Shown here: positions 19,981 through 30,270 of the stretch, piece after piece | Layout of the letters: every line of letters starts with the position of its first letter | Numbering within the stretch: position 1 is the stretch's first letter | Assembly (NCBI GenBank): GCA_963798915.1 | Contig: CAWCVB010000001.1 | Coordinates: forward strand, 128,001-192,000 | Length of the DNA stretch: 64,000 nt | Direction: 5' to 3' | DNA from: an uncultured Gemmatimonadales bacterium | Lineage (GTDB): Bacteria > Gemmatimonadota > Gemmatimonadetes > Gemmatimonadales > GWC2-71-9 | Made by a program: the position numbers and the translations under genes | Notes under the pieces: model-generated | Told to the model about the DNA's origin: nothing | The model's input: only the letters and a program-made list of their open reading frames with translations | Databases searched by the model: none

Positions 19981-20226
19981 ATGTCAAATCACGTTTCAAG
20001 CGTGCTTTACCCAGTGCTGGCTACCGCGGTGTTTGTCGTTGCGGCCGCGCTCGGGTCAAGCCGGGCCGCTCAGGCAGCCGAGCAGACGGACTTCTGCCCT
20101 GGCGCAGATTACTGTTACACGGCCGGTGGATGCTCTGCATGCAAGAATACCGCGTGCATCACCGGCGGTAACTGCCCTGATCCAGGCACCCAAGGAAGCA
20201 ACTGTTACGTGTGTGCTGCTCCCTAA
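19981..20226 (+). CDS. Secreted cysteine-rich peptide A (8 Cys)
   Basis: Strong RBS AGAAGGAGGTGA; hydrophobic signal ending AQA; mature part FCPGADYCYTAGGCSACKNTACITGGNCPDPGTQGSNCYVCAAP. Confidence 0.8.
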   Translation: MSNHVSSVLYPVLATAVFVVAAALGSSRAAQAAEQTDFCPGADYCYTAGGCSACKNTACITGGNCPDPGTQGSNCYVCAAP

Positions 20227-20309
20227 GGAACCATGCCGGTTCTAGACGCATGTGATCGATTGCAAAAGTTAACCGCAGGGCAAGTTGACCCACGCAAGGG
20301 AACTCCTGC

Positions 20310-21350
20310 ATGCAAGCGACTTGGTCCATCACAGTCGCCACCGTGTTGGTCGCAGCCTGTTCCTATTCTGAGGACTCTGCCGGCAGCTTGGCGCGGTCCG
20401 AGTTTCCTGCCAGCTGGACGCGCGTCGCAGCATTCGCCGCACCAAGCTCGCTCACATTGGGCGACGTCGGCGCGGCGGCCATTGCAGCGGACGGCACGAC
20501 ATTTATCCTCGATCCGTTCGAAGGCCGGGTGTACATCCGGCCAACGGATGGCGCAATCCGGTCCTTCGGGCGGATGGGCGACGGTCCCGGAGAGTTCCGC
20601 CAGCCGTTCAGGTTGATTGCCTTTGCGCCACATCGCATCGGCGTCGTGGACCGCACCCACGAAAATCTCACCATCTTCACCACGGATTCCGCGCCACCGC
20701 AACTGATCGCGGCGCACTCCTTACCCGCTGCACCGCTCGACTATTGCATCGGCCAGGGCTACGCCGCCGAACTGACGAGTGATCCGGCCAAGAGCATCCT
20801 GCTGCTGGATTCATCCTGGAGCCTAGTCGCTACGGTTGCGCTCAGCTCTGGGGTCGATAGCACGAGGCCGGAGACGCAGGCGACCGCCTTCTTCCGGCGG
20901 CAGGGATTCCTCGTCTGCGCGAGCTCCACGCGGCTCGTCCACGTCTCGCAGTCCGCGGGCCTCGTCAGCCTCGTTGACGTCGCAGCCCATCGTGTCATCG
21001 GCACCGACACGATTCCCGGATTCATTCCCTCGAGACTCTCGATTCGCCCCGGCGGAGTCCGCCTCGATATCGATCCCGAGCGTGGCGTAGCGGATCGCGT
21101 GATCAGCGGGGTCATGCTCTGTCCCGAAGTGGCGGGCTTCATTGTCATGGAGGACCGGCCCCGGCAGGATACCACACCACGACGGGTCTTCATGGCCGCC
21201 TACAATCTGATAACCGGGCACTTCGACAGCCTCCTGGGGGAAACGCCCGAATTCCTGGCGCTCGATCATGGCCTCGCCGTCTCGCGTGTTCGCGATCCGG
21301 AGCCCTCGGCGCAAATCTGGACGGTCGAGTCACACTGCGACGAACGATAG
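20310..21350 (+). CDS. 6-bladed beta-propeller lipoprotein #2
   Basis: Lipobox VAAC; FGRMGDGPGEFR. Confidence 0.8.
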   Translation: MQATWSITVATVLVAACSYSEDSAGSLARSEFPASWTRVAAFAAPSSLTLGDVGAAAIAADGTTFILDPFEGRVYIRPTDGAIRSFGRMGDGPGEFRQPFRLIAFAPHRIGVVDRTHENLTIFTTDSAPPQLIAAHSLPAAPLDYCIGQGYAAELTSDPAKSILLLDSSWSLVATVALSSGVDSTRPETQATAFFRRQGFLVCASSTRLVHVSQSAGLVSLVDVAAHRVIGTDTIPGFIPSRLSIRPGGVRLDIDPERGVADRVISGVMLCPEVAGFIVMEDRPRQDTTPRRVFMAAYNLITGHFDSLLGETPEFLALDHGLAVSRVRDPEPSAQIWTVESHCDER

Positions 21351-21442
21351 CCTGATGCGCTGTCGGAGCCTGGACGACCGTGCGCCGCTTGCGGGCTCCG
21401 ACCTCCAGGGTACCTTGGGAAGACTTCCACCCCGGACGAGGA

Positions 21443-22543
21443 ATGCGCAGAGTCTGCTTCGCCGGCGGCCTTGTATTCTGCATCGCTAGCTGCCGCCAGT
21501 ATCAACATCCCACCGGTAGTGCCGTGCTCACAGTGGACACTGTCCCCATCACCGAGGCGCGCGCGACTGGGCCGGGCGGAGCGGTCGTCCTCGGCGATGC
21601 CGCGGCGGCCACGCGCCTCTCCAACGGCAATGTGGTCATCGCAGATGACAACAAGGGTGACATCGCGCTGCGCGTTTTTGACAGCACTGGCAGGCATTTG
21701 TTTGACTTCGGACACAAGGGCCGGGGGCCCGGCGAAGTCGAGGACGTCTCTTCCCTCGCGCGCTGCGGCCGGGATTCCATATTCGTACTCGACTCAAGGC
21801 AGCATCGCGTGGTTGTGTTCAGCCCGGCAGGTACGCTGGGGCGCACCAGCGCCGTTGAACCGATGGTCATGCTGGTCTGTTCCACCCATGGAGCGTCACT
21901 TGCCATCGGACCCATCCTCGATTTCTTCCGACCGACCGAACAGAACGCAGGACGCCTCCAGCATATGCACGTGGACTTGATGACTCCATCGGATACGGTC
22001 CGGCTGTACGACAGTCTGCCGGCCATTGACCCTCGCTTCGGCGGCAGGGTCCCAGCCTTTGCCATCGCGGGGAACCGGGCAATCGTCGGGCTGACGGATT
22101 CCGCCTTCGCCGCTGTGTTCGGGCCCGACGGAACCGAGTCCCCACCGATCCGAGTCTCCGACGATCCTGAACCGCAAACCCAGGCTGGCTTTGAGCGCAC
22201 GATCGAGGCGTTCTTCGCACACTATCCGGGACTGGCCGACCAGAAGGCCTCGTTCCTGAAGCTCCCACATCCTGCTCTGGCGCCCGCCTTCTTTGCGCTC
22301 TACGGCAGTCCGAACGGCGCGCTCTGGACTCAGCTGAGTGCACCGGACGATTCCACCGTACGCCTCCGCGCAACAGACTCGCTCGGCGCCGCTATCGGCC
22401 ACGTCACCCTGCCCTTCCCGCTCACCATCTTCGAAATCGGCGACGACTACATCCTGGGGCGTCGGGAAAACGAGTTGGGAGAGCAGCGGGTGGTTGTGTA
22501 CAGGATTGGCGGGATGGGCAAGATGGGCGGGACGGGCAGGTAA
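21443..22543 (+). CDS. 6-bladed beta-propeller lipoprotein #3
   Basis: IASC lipobox; FGHKGRGPGEV; C-terminal EIGDDYILG...VVVYRI. Confidence 0.8.
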   Translation: MRRVCFAGGLVFCIASCRQYQHPTGSAVLTVDTVPITEARATGPGGAVVLGDAAAATRLSNGNVVIADDNKGDIALRVFDSTGRHLFDFGHKGRGPGEVEDVSSLARCGRDSIFVLDSRQHRVVVFSPAGTLGRTSAVEPMVMLVCSTHGASLAIGPILDFFRPTEQNAGRLQHMHVDLMTPSDTVRLYDSLPAIDPRFGGRVPAFAIAGNRAIVGLTDSAFAAVFGPDGTESPPIRVSDDPEPQTQAGFERTIEAFFAHYPGLADQKASFLKLPHPALAPAFFALYGSPNGALWTQLSAPDDSTVRLRATDSLGAAIGHVTLPFPLTIFEIGDDYILGRRENELGEQRVVVYRIGGMGKMGGTGR

Positions 22544-22613
22544 ACCGGCGGGTGCAGTCGGATCGTTGCGGGTACACCCTGCGTCATGAGTTTCACCGCA
22601 ATTCGGAGCCCCC

Positions 22614-23819
22614 ATGCGCACCGAACACCTGCTTGTGCTCGCCTTTGGCCTCTCCCTCGGTTGCGCTGAGACGCATGGAGGTGAGGCAGTCTCCACCAGC
22701 GCCTCGACTCAGGGCGACACGGCAGTAGTCACGATTAGCGCACCCGAGTCGCTCCCGGCGCTGCTGGTGACACTCGACTCGGCCCGGGTGATCTGGACGC
22801 CGGAGGAGCTGGGCCGACCCAATGGCATGGCCGTGGGGCCCGATGGCCGACTTATGGCGAGTGATGGCCGGCACCTGTATGCCCGGCAACCAGGCGCCGA
22901 CACCACTGAAGTTGTCAGCCGGGAGGGCGCCGGACCCGGCGAATACCGTTCGGTCCGAGCGTTGCTCGCTGAGGACGATGGGTCATTCCTCGTGCTGGAC
23001 GCGCGACAACGGCGGATGATCCACTTCGCCCATGATGGCGCCCCGGACAGTACCTGGTCACTGAACCGGGACTTCGCGCAGGTCTCCTTCATGGCGCTCA
23101 TGAACGATAGCCCCGTCATCCTGGTCGGCCCGCGGCTGGTGCGCACCGGCGAACCACCGGACACGCTCTACCTCAAGCCGGCCAGTGGTGACACGGCAGC
23201 GGTGCTTGGCAGGCTCACGCAGTACGTATGGGCGCAGGCTCCGGGTGGCATGCTCCTGCCTCGGGATGCGTATCCGCCCCAGGCGCTCGTGGCCGGCACG
23301 GCAAGCGGCGGCTTCGCCTTCAGCGACGGCCTGCAATATGAAGTCCGCTGGTGGCGGCCCGATGCCTCACCGCGCTGGCTCCGGATTTCGCGCGCCTGGG
23401 CGCCACCGCCGACATCGAGTGACCGGGAGCCACCGGACAGCCTGCTCAGCCAGATGCGAGGCGGTGGCACGCAGATGCGGGAGATGGTCGGCGGAATGCA
23501 AAGGGGCAGCCACAAGTACAGCCTGGAAGATGTGGAACTCATGCCGGGCGGCACCCTCTGGACCAGGCCGATCGACAGCTCCTATGTATATCACCCGTGG
23601 TACTACAACTCGCTCAGCGAGCTCCGACAGCCCACTCGGCTCTGGGAAGTCTTCGGCCGGGACGGCAAACTGCGCGCCCAGGTGCGGCTCTCCTCGATGT
23701 TCACGCCCAAGACCGTACGCGCCTGCCAGCTCTATGGGTTCCTCGAGGACAACGACGGCGCGTACTCAATCGCTGCGATTCCGCTGGGGAAAGAATGCAA
23801 GAGGCTGGCTCAGTCGTGA
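22614..23819 (+). CDS. 6-bladed beta-propeller lipoprotein #4
   Basis: SLGC lipobox; SREGAGPGEYR; WEVFGRDGKL. Confidence 0.8.
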   Translation: MRTEHLLVLAFGLSLGCAETHGGEAVSTSASTQGDTAVVTISAPESLPALLVTLDSARVIWTPEELGRPNGMAVGPDGRLMASDGRHLYARQPGADTTEVVSREGAGPGEYRSVRALLAEDDGSFLVLDARQRRMIHFAHDGAPDSTWSLNRDFAQVSFMALMNDSPVILVGPRLVRTGEPPDTLYLKPASGDTAAVLGRLTQYVWAQAPGGMLLPRDAYPPQALVAGTASGGFAFSDGLQYEVRWWRPDASPRWLRISRAWAPPPTSSDREPPDSLLSQMRGGGTQMREMVGGMQRGSHKYSLEDVELMPGGTLWTRPIDSSYVYHPWYYNSLSELRQPTRLWEVFGRDGKLRAQVRLSSMFTPKTVRACQLYGFLEDNDGAYSIAAIPLGKECKRLAQS

Positions 23820-25030
23820 CGGGCAAGGCGGACAAAGCGGGCAGGACGGGCTGGTTGCTCCTTCTCCTTCTGCTTTTGGTTGCCTGCAGTGAGGAGTCAC
23901 CGGCTGCGCGGACGCGGGTGTTCGACAGCGCTGGCATCACCATCGTCGAGAACAGTGACGCAGCCGAGCCAGCCATTGCCTCAAGGCTGGTAGAATCCCA
24001 CCCCATTCTGCGTATAGGCCAGGAAGACGGACCTGAGGCGTATCGCTTCGATGGCGTGCGAGATATCGCTCGGCTCTCTGACAGCACCATCGTCGTGGCC
24101 GACCGATCCGGCTCGATTCGCTTCTTCGACAAGCGCGGTCAGTTTCTTCGTGCTGTCGGCCGTCACGGTGAGGGGCCCGGCGAATATCGCGTCATCAACT
24201 TCATGCGACGCATTCGGAGCGATTCGCTGCTGGTCTGGGATTTCCCCGCCCGGCGCATCACGATACTCGCGCCTGACGGAACTCTTCAGCGCAGCGAGCC
24301 CGGTCCGGTGACGGAGGGGTTCTTCTATGGCTTGGACGCGTTCGCCGAAGGATCGCTCCTGGGCTCCTATGATGGTCCGCTCACTGGCGCCAGACCTGCG
24401 AATGGCATTCTCCGCACGACTTCGGCCGTGGTCCGGTTCTCGCCCTCGTCAGGCACGATGGATACGCTGGCACTGATCACCATCGGCAGCTCGTATGTGT
24501 CGGGAGGCGAACACTTCAGGATCTCCAGTATGCCCTACCCAGCCGAGGCCATGGCGATCGCGGCCGGACGCTCCGCGTATGTTGGAAGCAGCGAGCGTTT
24601 CGAAATCGCCTTCCGCAATGAGAACGGCCAATTGGTGCGTCTGATCCGCCTCGACCGTGCGCCTGCGGCAATCGATGACTCCACTCGCGAGCGCTACATC
24701 GCCGACCAGCTCTTGCACGCCCGCACTGAGGCCGGTCGGGAGCGGCTGAAGGCACTCTACGCCGAGTTGCCGTTCCCCAAGACCCTGCCCGCGTTTGGCG
24801 CGCTGGCGGTGGATGCTGATTCCAACCTCTGGGTGAGCGCCTACGCGCTCACGGACACGCTCCCGACGCGCTGGACCATCTTCGACCCGGCCGGCCGCAT
24901 CCTCGCCGAAGCCCGGACGCCGGCGCGGTTCAAGGTCTTCGCCATTGCCCGCGAAGATATCATCGGCGTGCGCTCGGACAGCGTGGGGACTGAGCAGGTG
25001 CAGGTGCTGCGGTTGCGGAAAGTCCAATGA
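23816..25030 (+). CDS. 6-bladed beta-propeller lipoprotein #5
   Basis: GTGA coupling to #4; LVAC lipobox; DSAGITIVEN; VGRHGEGPGEYR; WTIFDPAGR. Confidence 0.82.
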   Translation: MTGKADKAGRTGWLLLLLLLLVACSEESPAARTRVFDSAGITIVENSDAAEPAIASRLVESHPILRIGQEDGPEAYRFDGVRDIARLSDSTIVVADRSGSIRFFDKRGQFLRAVGRHGEGPGEYRVINFMRRIRSDSLLVWDFPARRITILAPDGTLQRSEPGPVTEGFFYGLDAFAEGSLLGSYDGPLTGARPANGILRTTSAVVRFSPSSGTMDTLALITIGSSYVSGGEHFRISSMPYPAEAMAIAAGRSAYVGSSERFEIAFRNENGQLVRLIRLDRAPAAIDDSTRERYIADQLLHARTEAGRERLKALYAELPFPKTLPAFGALAVDADSNLWVSAYALTDTLPTRWTIFDPAGRILAEARTPARFKVFAIAREDIIGVRSDSVGTEQVQVLRLRKVQ

Positions 25031-25266
25031 AGCGAGTGGGCAGGATGGACCAGCGTCGCGTCACCCTGCGGGCGCCGACCCCCGCTTTCCCGAAGGGAAC
25101 AGCGGCTATCGGGGCGGGTTCGAGAAGGCGACCGCGCTGCCCCAAACCGTGGCGATTCCGCTACGAATACGGTACCGGCCGCACTTTCGGGGTGATAGAG
25201 GGCTACGGGCTGCAGGCGATCCTGGCGCATGCCCCCTTGCCAACTCCTGCCGCCGAGCCGAGCCTT

Positions 25267-25854
25267 ATGGGTATGCCTGATACAGCTGGACGCGAGACGC
25301 GGGACGCGAGACGCTGGACCCGGGACGCGGTGCTCGCGCTCCCCGACGATGGCCGTCGCTACGAACTCATTGACGGTCAGCTGGTCGTGACGTCGGCGCC
25401 CTCCGGCGGCCACCAGGTGGCCGTCACCACCCTGCTGCTGCGCATCGGGCCTGTCCTGAAGCAGGCAGCCGACACCAGCGCCCGCATCCTGGTGTCCCCG
25501 GCGGACATCAGCCTGGGTGAGGAGGAAATTCTCCAGCCCGACCTGTTCATCTATCTGGCCGAAACCGGGCGACAGCTCACTGAATGGAGCGACATTTCAT
25601 CGCTCCTGGTCGCCATCGAGATCCTGTCGCCTTCGACGGCGCGGTACGACAGAGGACTCAAGCGACTGCGCTACCAGCGCGCGCTCGTGCCGGAATACTG
25701 GATCGTGGATCTGGACGGAAGACTGGTGGAGCGCTGGCGACCGGACGACACGCGGCCGGAGGTGTTGCGCGAGCGATTGCTCTGGGCGTCGGGTGACGGA
25801 GCCGAAGTGGATCTAGACCTGCGGGAATTCTTCAGGGAAGTGGCGGGAACATGA
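25267..25854 (+). CDS. Uma2 family (DUF820) endonuclease-like protein, copy 1
   Basis: LPDDGRRYELIDG, HQ, QPDL, IEILSPST, YQRALVPEYWIVD. Confidence 0.9.
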   Translation: MGMPDTAGRETRDARRWTRDAVLALPDDGRRYELIDGQLVVTSAPSGGHQVAVTTLLLRIGPVLKQAADTSARILVSPADISLGEEEILQPDLFIYLAETGRQLTEWSDISSLLVAIEILSPSTARYDRGLKRLRYQRALVPEYWIVDLDGRLVERWRPDDTRPEVLRERLLWASGDGAEVDLDLREFFREVAGT

Positions 25855-26101
25855 AGGGCAGACGGACAGGGCGCATCTGACGTAGCACATCATTGCGAGG
25901 AGGCGCCGACGGCGCCGACGAAGCAATGACGAATTGGCAAGCTGTCGCCGCAGGCGACGCCTGCCGAGCCACGGTCATCAGCCGCGGGAAACCCGGCACC
26001 AATCCGCCACCGGCCGCGTTTCCTCGATGACAGCGAGCAGTGCGGCGCTGGCGATCCTGAGGCATGCCCCCTTGCCAACTCCCGCCGCCGAGCCGAGCCT
26101 T

Positions 26102-26689
26102 ATGGGTATGCCTGATACAGCTGGACGCGAGACGCGGGACGCGAGACGCTGGACCCGGGACGCGGTGCTCGCGCTCCCCGACGATGGCCGTCGCTACGAG
26201 CTTATTGACGGCGAACTGGTGGTGACGCCGGCGCCCGCTTGGCGGCACCAGGGAGCTGTCACCACGTTATGCGCCGTCCTGAAGCAGGCCTTGGATCGCG
26301 CTCCGGGCACCGTTGCGCGATTGCTGGTCTCCCCGGCGGACATCCAACTTGGTGAAGAAGAGATCCTTCAGCCGGATCTGTTCGTCTACACGATCGCGTC
26401 CGGACCGCGGGCGGAGGATTGGGGTGATATTTCGGGGCTCCTGCTCGTGATTGAAGTCCTCTCGCCCTCCACCGCGCGCTACGACCGGGGCCTGAAGCGG
26501 CTGCGATACCAGCGGGCCCGGGTGCCCGAATACTGGATCGTGGATCTCGACGGCCGCGTCGTGGAACGCTGGCGCCCGGATGATGCGCGGCCGGAGGTAC
26601 TGGCTGATCGGCTGCAGTGGTCGTCGGGCGATGGGGCTGAGGTGAACCTGGATCTGGAGGCGTTCTTCAGGGAAGTGGCGGGAACATGA
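26102..26689 (+). CDS. Uma2 family endonuclease-like protein, copy 2
   Basis: Same motifs; starts 835 bp after copy 1. Confidence 0.9.
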   Translation: MGMPDTAGRETRDARRWTRDAVLALPDDGRRYELIDGELVVTPAPAWRHQGAVTTLCAVLKQALDRAPGTVARLLVSPADIQLGEEEILQPDLFVYTIASGPRAEDWGDISGLLLVIEVLSPSTARYDRGLKRLRYQRARVPEYWIVDLDGRVVERWRPDDARPEVLADRLQWSSGDGAEVNLDLEAFFREVAGT

Positions 26690-26936
26690 AGGGCGGGCGG
26701 ACTAGGCGCATCTGACGTAGCACGTCATTGCGAGGAGGCGCCGACGGCGCCGACGAAGCAATGACGAATTGGCAAGCTGTCGCCGCAGGCGACGCCTGCC
26801 GAGCCACGGTCATCAGCCGCGGGAAACCCGGCACCAATCCGCCACCGGCCGCGTTTTCTCGATGACAGCGAGCAGTGCGGCGCTGGCGATCCTGAGGCAT
26901 GCCCCCTTGCCAACTCCCGCTGCCGAGCCGAGCCTT

Positions 26937-27521
26937 ATGGGTATGCCTGATACAGCTGGACGCGAGACGCGGGACGCGAGACGCTGGACCCGGGACGCGG
27001 TGCTCGCGCTCCCCGACGACGGCCGGCGCCGCGAACTTATTGACGGCGAACTGGTCGTGACGCCGTCGCCGTCCGATTCCCATCAGCGTGCTGTTGGGGA
27101 GCTGTATTTCCTGCTTCGGCTGGCGCTATCGCGAACCCCGGAAACTGCGGCGAGCCTTCTCTTCTCCCCAGCCGATATCAGCCTCGGCGAGGATGAAATC
27201 CTTCAGCCGGACCTCTTCATCTACCGAACCGCCAGCGGACGGATTCGGGAATGGAGCGACATAGCTTCGCTCCTGGTCGCCATCGAGATTCTCTCCCCCT
27301 CCACCGCGCGCTACGATCGCGGCCTCAAGCGGCTGCGCTACCAGCGGGCCCGGGTGCCCGAATACTGGATCGTGGATCTCGACGGCCGCGTCGTGGAACG
27401 CTGGCGCCCGGATGATGCGCGGCCGGAGGTACTGGCTGATCGGCTGCAGTGGTCGTCGGGCGATGGGGCTGAGGTGAACCTGGATCTGGAGGCGTTCTTC
27501 AGGGAAGTGGCGGGAGAGTAG
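26937..27521 (+). CDS. Uma2 family endonuclease-like protein, copy 3
   Basis: Same motifs; starts 835 bp after copy 2. Confidence 0.9.
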   Translation: MGMPDTAGRETRDARRWTRDAVLALPDDGRRRELIDGELVVTPSPSDSHQRAVGELYFLLRLALSRTPETAASLLFSPADISLGEDEILQPDLFIYRTASGRIREWSDIASLLVAIEILSPSTARYDRGLKRLRYQRARVPEYWIVDLDGRVVERWRPDDARPEVLADRLQWSSGDGAEVNLDLEAFFREVAGE

Positions 27522-27659
27522 GACAGACGGACGGCTGGACGGCTGGACGGCTGGACGGGCCGAAGCTGACCTGGAGCTCCGGCCCTTCGCTCGCGGTGCT
27601 CGCTCAGAGTGACATATCTCGCGACGCCTCGACGCCTCGACCTGCGACCGCCTAGCCGC

Positions 27660-28742
27660 CTAGCCGCCTAGCCGCCTAGCAAACCTCTCCAGCACCCGAA
27701 ACCCGTCCTCATCCTCGCCCACCGTATAGACCCACTTCGCAGTCACCGCCACGACTTGGCGATCACCCGGCACGACGACGGTCCGGGTTGACGGGCCCGA
27801 CAGGGGGAACAGCTCGAAACGCGAGACACTATCCCCCGCCTCGGTGCTGAGCTTCGCCCAGACTTCGCCGTCAGGTGCCGCCACGGCACCGTTCTGGAAC
27901 GGCCCCTTCGTGTCCGCCATCGGTCTGTAGATCGTGTCGCCCGGCGCTATGAATCGGCCGGTCAGCATCTGACGATCAGCCTCCGTTGCCTTGATCGGCA
28001 TCCACGCCCTCGGCGCGCCGGAAGTCCATGCACCTTCGGGGCTCCGCCGGTCCACCCGGTTCTGCTGGCCACGCAGGATCCAGATCGAGCCGTCCGGCAG
28101 CACGCCCCACTGATCCTGACTCTCGTACAACCGCCGCATCCGGCTCATGCCACCACCCTTGAGCCGAAGCACTTCCCAGCCGATGTCGTGGAGGCGCGCT
28201 ACCGTGTCCCGTCCGCTCTCGGGCGGATGCATCCGGTAAATCCACGTGGAGTCCTTGGGGCTGGTAGAATCAATCTCCTGACCCACCATCGTGAAGCCGG
28301 CGCTGGGCAGCTGTTCAGCGTAGAGATTGCCGAGCGTGTCCACGCGAAGTTCGAAGGAAACGATGTCGAGGATCGAGACCGCGGTGTCGAGAGTGCCGTC
28401 GGGATTCCAGAAGGTGATCCGGTGCTGCATGGGGTCGAGGACGCCGGGGTGGCCATGCCGCACCAGGCCAAGTGTCGGATTCCGATATTCGCCCGGCCCG
28501 TCCCCGTTGCGGCCGAGGGAATCCACCGTGCCGTCGTCAAGGTTGGCGAGGAGCACCGGGCCATCGTATTGAGGAATGACGATCCGGCCATCGGGCAGTT
28601 CGGCGATGGCACCGAAGTACCCAAGCTGGCCCAGCGTGGCGGAGGGCGAGCCGAGGCGGAGCACGTTCGCAGCGCCGGGAACATCCCTGGAGGCGCAACC
28701 AGCAACCAGTGCAAGCAGAGTCAGCATCCGAGCTTTCAGCAT
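27660..28742 (-). CDS. Beta-propeller lipoprotein #6
   Basis: VAGC lipobox; LGRNGDGPGEYR; DEDGF C-terminal motif. Confidence 0.8.
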   Translation of the reverse strand: MLKARMLTLLALVAGCASRDVPGAANVLRLGSPSATLGQLGYFGAIAELPDGRIVIPQYDGPVLLANLDDGTVDSLGRNGDGPGEYRNPTLGLVRHGHPGVLDPMQHRITFWNPDGTLDTAVSILDIVSFELRVDTLGNLYAEQLPSAGFTMVGQEIDSTSPKDSTWIYRMHPPESGRDTVARLHDIGWEVLRLKGGGMSRMRRLYESQDQWGVLPDGSIWILRGQQNRVDRRSPEGAWTSGAPRAWMPIKATEADRQMLTGRFIAPGDTIYRPMADTKGPFQNGAVAAPDGEVWAKLSTEAGDSVSRFELFPLSGPSTRTVVVPGDRQVVAVTAKWVYTVGEDEDGFRVLERFARRLGG

Positions 28743-28761
28743 TGCCTGCTCCCATATCAGT

Positions 28762-28934
28762 GGAATCAACCGCAGAGACGCAGAGAGCGCGGAGACTATT
28801 GCGATGGGATCGCGCATCGGATTCACCGCGTAAACCACAAAGACTCGTCGATGCCTGCAATGCGGCTCTCATCCGCGTACGAGCCCTTTGCGTTCCCTCC
28901 GCGCCCTCTGCGTCTCTGCGTTGAACTGCCTCGA
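28762..28934. repeat. Palindromic intergenic element (AACCGCAGAGACGCAGAG...CTCTGCGTCTCTGCGTT)
   Basis: Related copies at 30100-30205 and 31470-31503. Confidence 0.8.
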
Positions 28935-28949
28935 AACCACGGCCCGCGT

Positions 28950-30065
28950 TTACTGTACCACCTCGTACACCACAATCTTCTGCAGCCCTTCCTCATCCGC
29001 CTGCACCTCGTACAGCCGCCCATTGCGGATTACATATGGCACGTCAAGATCCCGATCGGGTGCTGGCATGGCGGCGATCTGCCGGCCAGCGGTGTCGTAC
29101 ACCGCAAGCATCATGGTGCCGTGCTGCATGCCTTCCACCCATGCTCTGCCGTGATCGTCAAATTCGACGGCGTTGAGCAACCAGACGGTCTCGGGCTTCC
29201 GGAGGCTCCCAGCATCGCAGTCCGCTCCCGCCCAATCCTTACGCCACTTCTGGTAATCGGCGAGATCCTGCGCCCACATCGAATCGGTCAGGGGAATCGG
29301 CGCCTGATCATAGGTGATGACGTGCACCGTCTGGCTATCGTCGCGCGTGAAGGTCAGCCGATACTGATCGGTGCGCCAGGTGACCAGATCACCATCAGGA
29401 GAGACCGCGGTCCGAAACTGAGGCGCATATCGGCTTGACTCAAACCCGATGCCTCGATCGCTCCGGCAGGTCAAGGTGAACGACTGGCCGATGTCATTCT
29501 CCGGTATGATGATGGTATCAGGGGCGACGCCGAGGCCAGCACGGATGAGGGACGCGTGGATGCGATCATCGCCCGTCACCTTCTGGTACGATGGCCGGAA
29601 GAACGCACTGGGCCCCGATTGATGGAGCCGGATATCGCCGCCGCTGATTCGCAGACTTGGCTCCGAGGCAACCCAGTTGCCCATACGGTCCACGAATTCC
29701 ACTCGCCCATTCTCGGGGTCATACACCGCCAGCGTATCACCAGCCCACGCCAGCGAGTAGCGATTGTTGAACTCGCCCGGTCCCGACCCCGCGCGTCCGA
29801 GTACCCGAAGCGGCTGACCTGCTGCATCGAAGACGTGGATTCCGCCCGCTCCATAGCCAGCGACGTAGACATTCCCATCACGATCGGCGGCGATGGACCG
29901 GACGGCCGCCGTCATCCCAGCCGCCTCGGGATCGATCATCGCCACGCGCCGGAGATTCCAGTGCGCCACGTCCGGATTACTGGCGCTACGGCTCGCCTCG
30001 CCATTGCAGCCCGCAGCAAGCGAGATCAGGATTGCCGTGCCGAACTTCCACCAACTCAAAGTCAT
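28950..30065 (-). CDS. 6-bladed beta-propeller lipoprotein #7
   Basis: AAGC lipobox; LGRAGSGPGEFN; DEEGLQKIVVY. Confidence 0.82.
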   Translation of the reverse strand: MTLSWWKFGTAILISLAAGCNGEASRSASNPDVAHWNLRRVAMIDPEAAGMTAAVRSIAADRDGNVYVAGYGAGGIHVFDAAGQPLRVLGRAGSGPGEFNNRYSLAWAGDTLAVYDPENGRVEFVDRMGNWVASEPSLRISGGDIRLHQSGPSAFFRPSYQKVTGDDRIHASLIRAGLGVAPDTIIIPENDIGQSFTLTCRSDRGIGFESSRYAPQFRTAVSPDGDLVTWRTDQYRLTFTRDDSQTVHVITYDQAPIPLTDSMWAQDLADYQKWRKDWAGADCDAGSLRKPETVWLLNAVEFDDHGRAWVEGMQHGTMMLAVYDTAGRQIAAMPAPDRDLDVPYVIRNGRLYEVQADEEGLQKIVVYEVVQ

Positions 30066-30270
30066 GCCCGCTACTCCTGTCAGGCGTTCCGTGCGCCTCG
30101 GAATCAACCGCGGAGGCGCAGAGAGCGCTGAGTATCCCGCGCTTCCACACGGAGCCCTCTGCGTTTCCTCCGCGTCCTTTGCGTCTCTGCGTTGAAGTGC
30201 CTCGACGCCATGGCTTGAATTGAAGTGCCTCGACGCCATGCCTTGCGCTGCAGTGCCTCGATGCCCGGCG

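Noticed and set aside
25934..26101. Long N-terminal extensions of the Uma2 ORFs
   Set aside because: They read through the repeated spacer; the shared start is MGMPDT
25267..27521. Uma2 array as a diversity-generating retroelement or shufflon
   Set aside because: Differences are not restricted to adenines, the repeats are direct, and no reverse transcriptase or invertase is present
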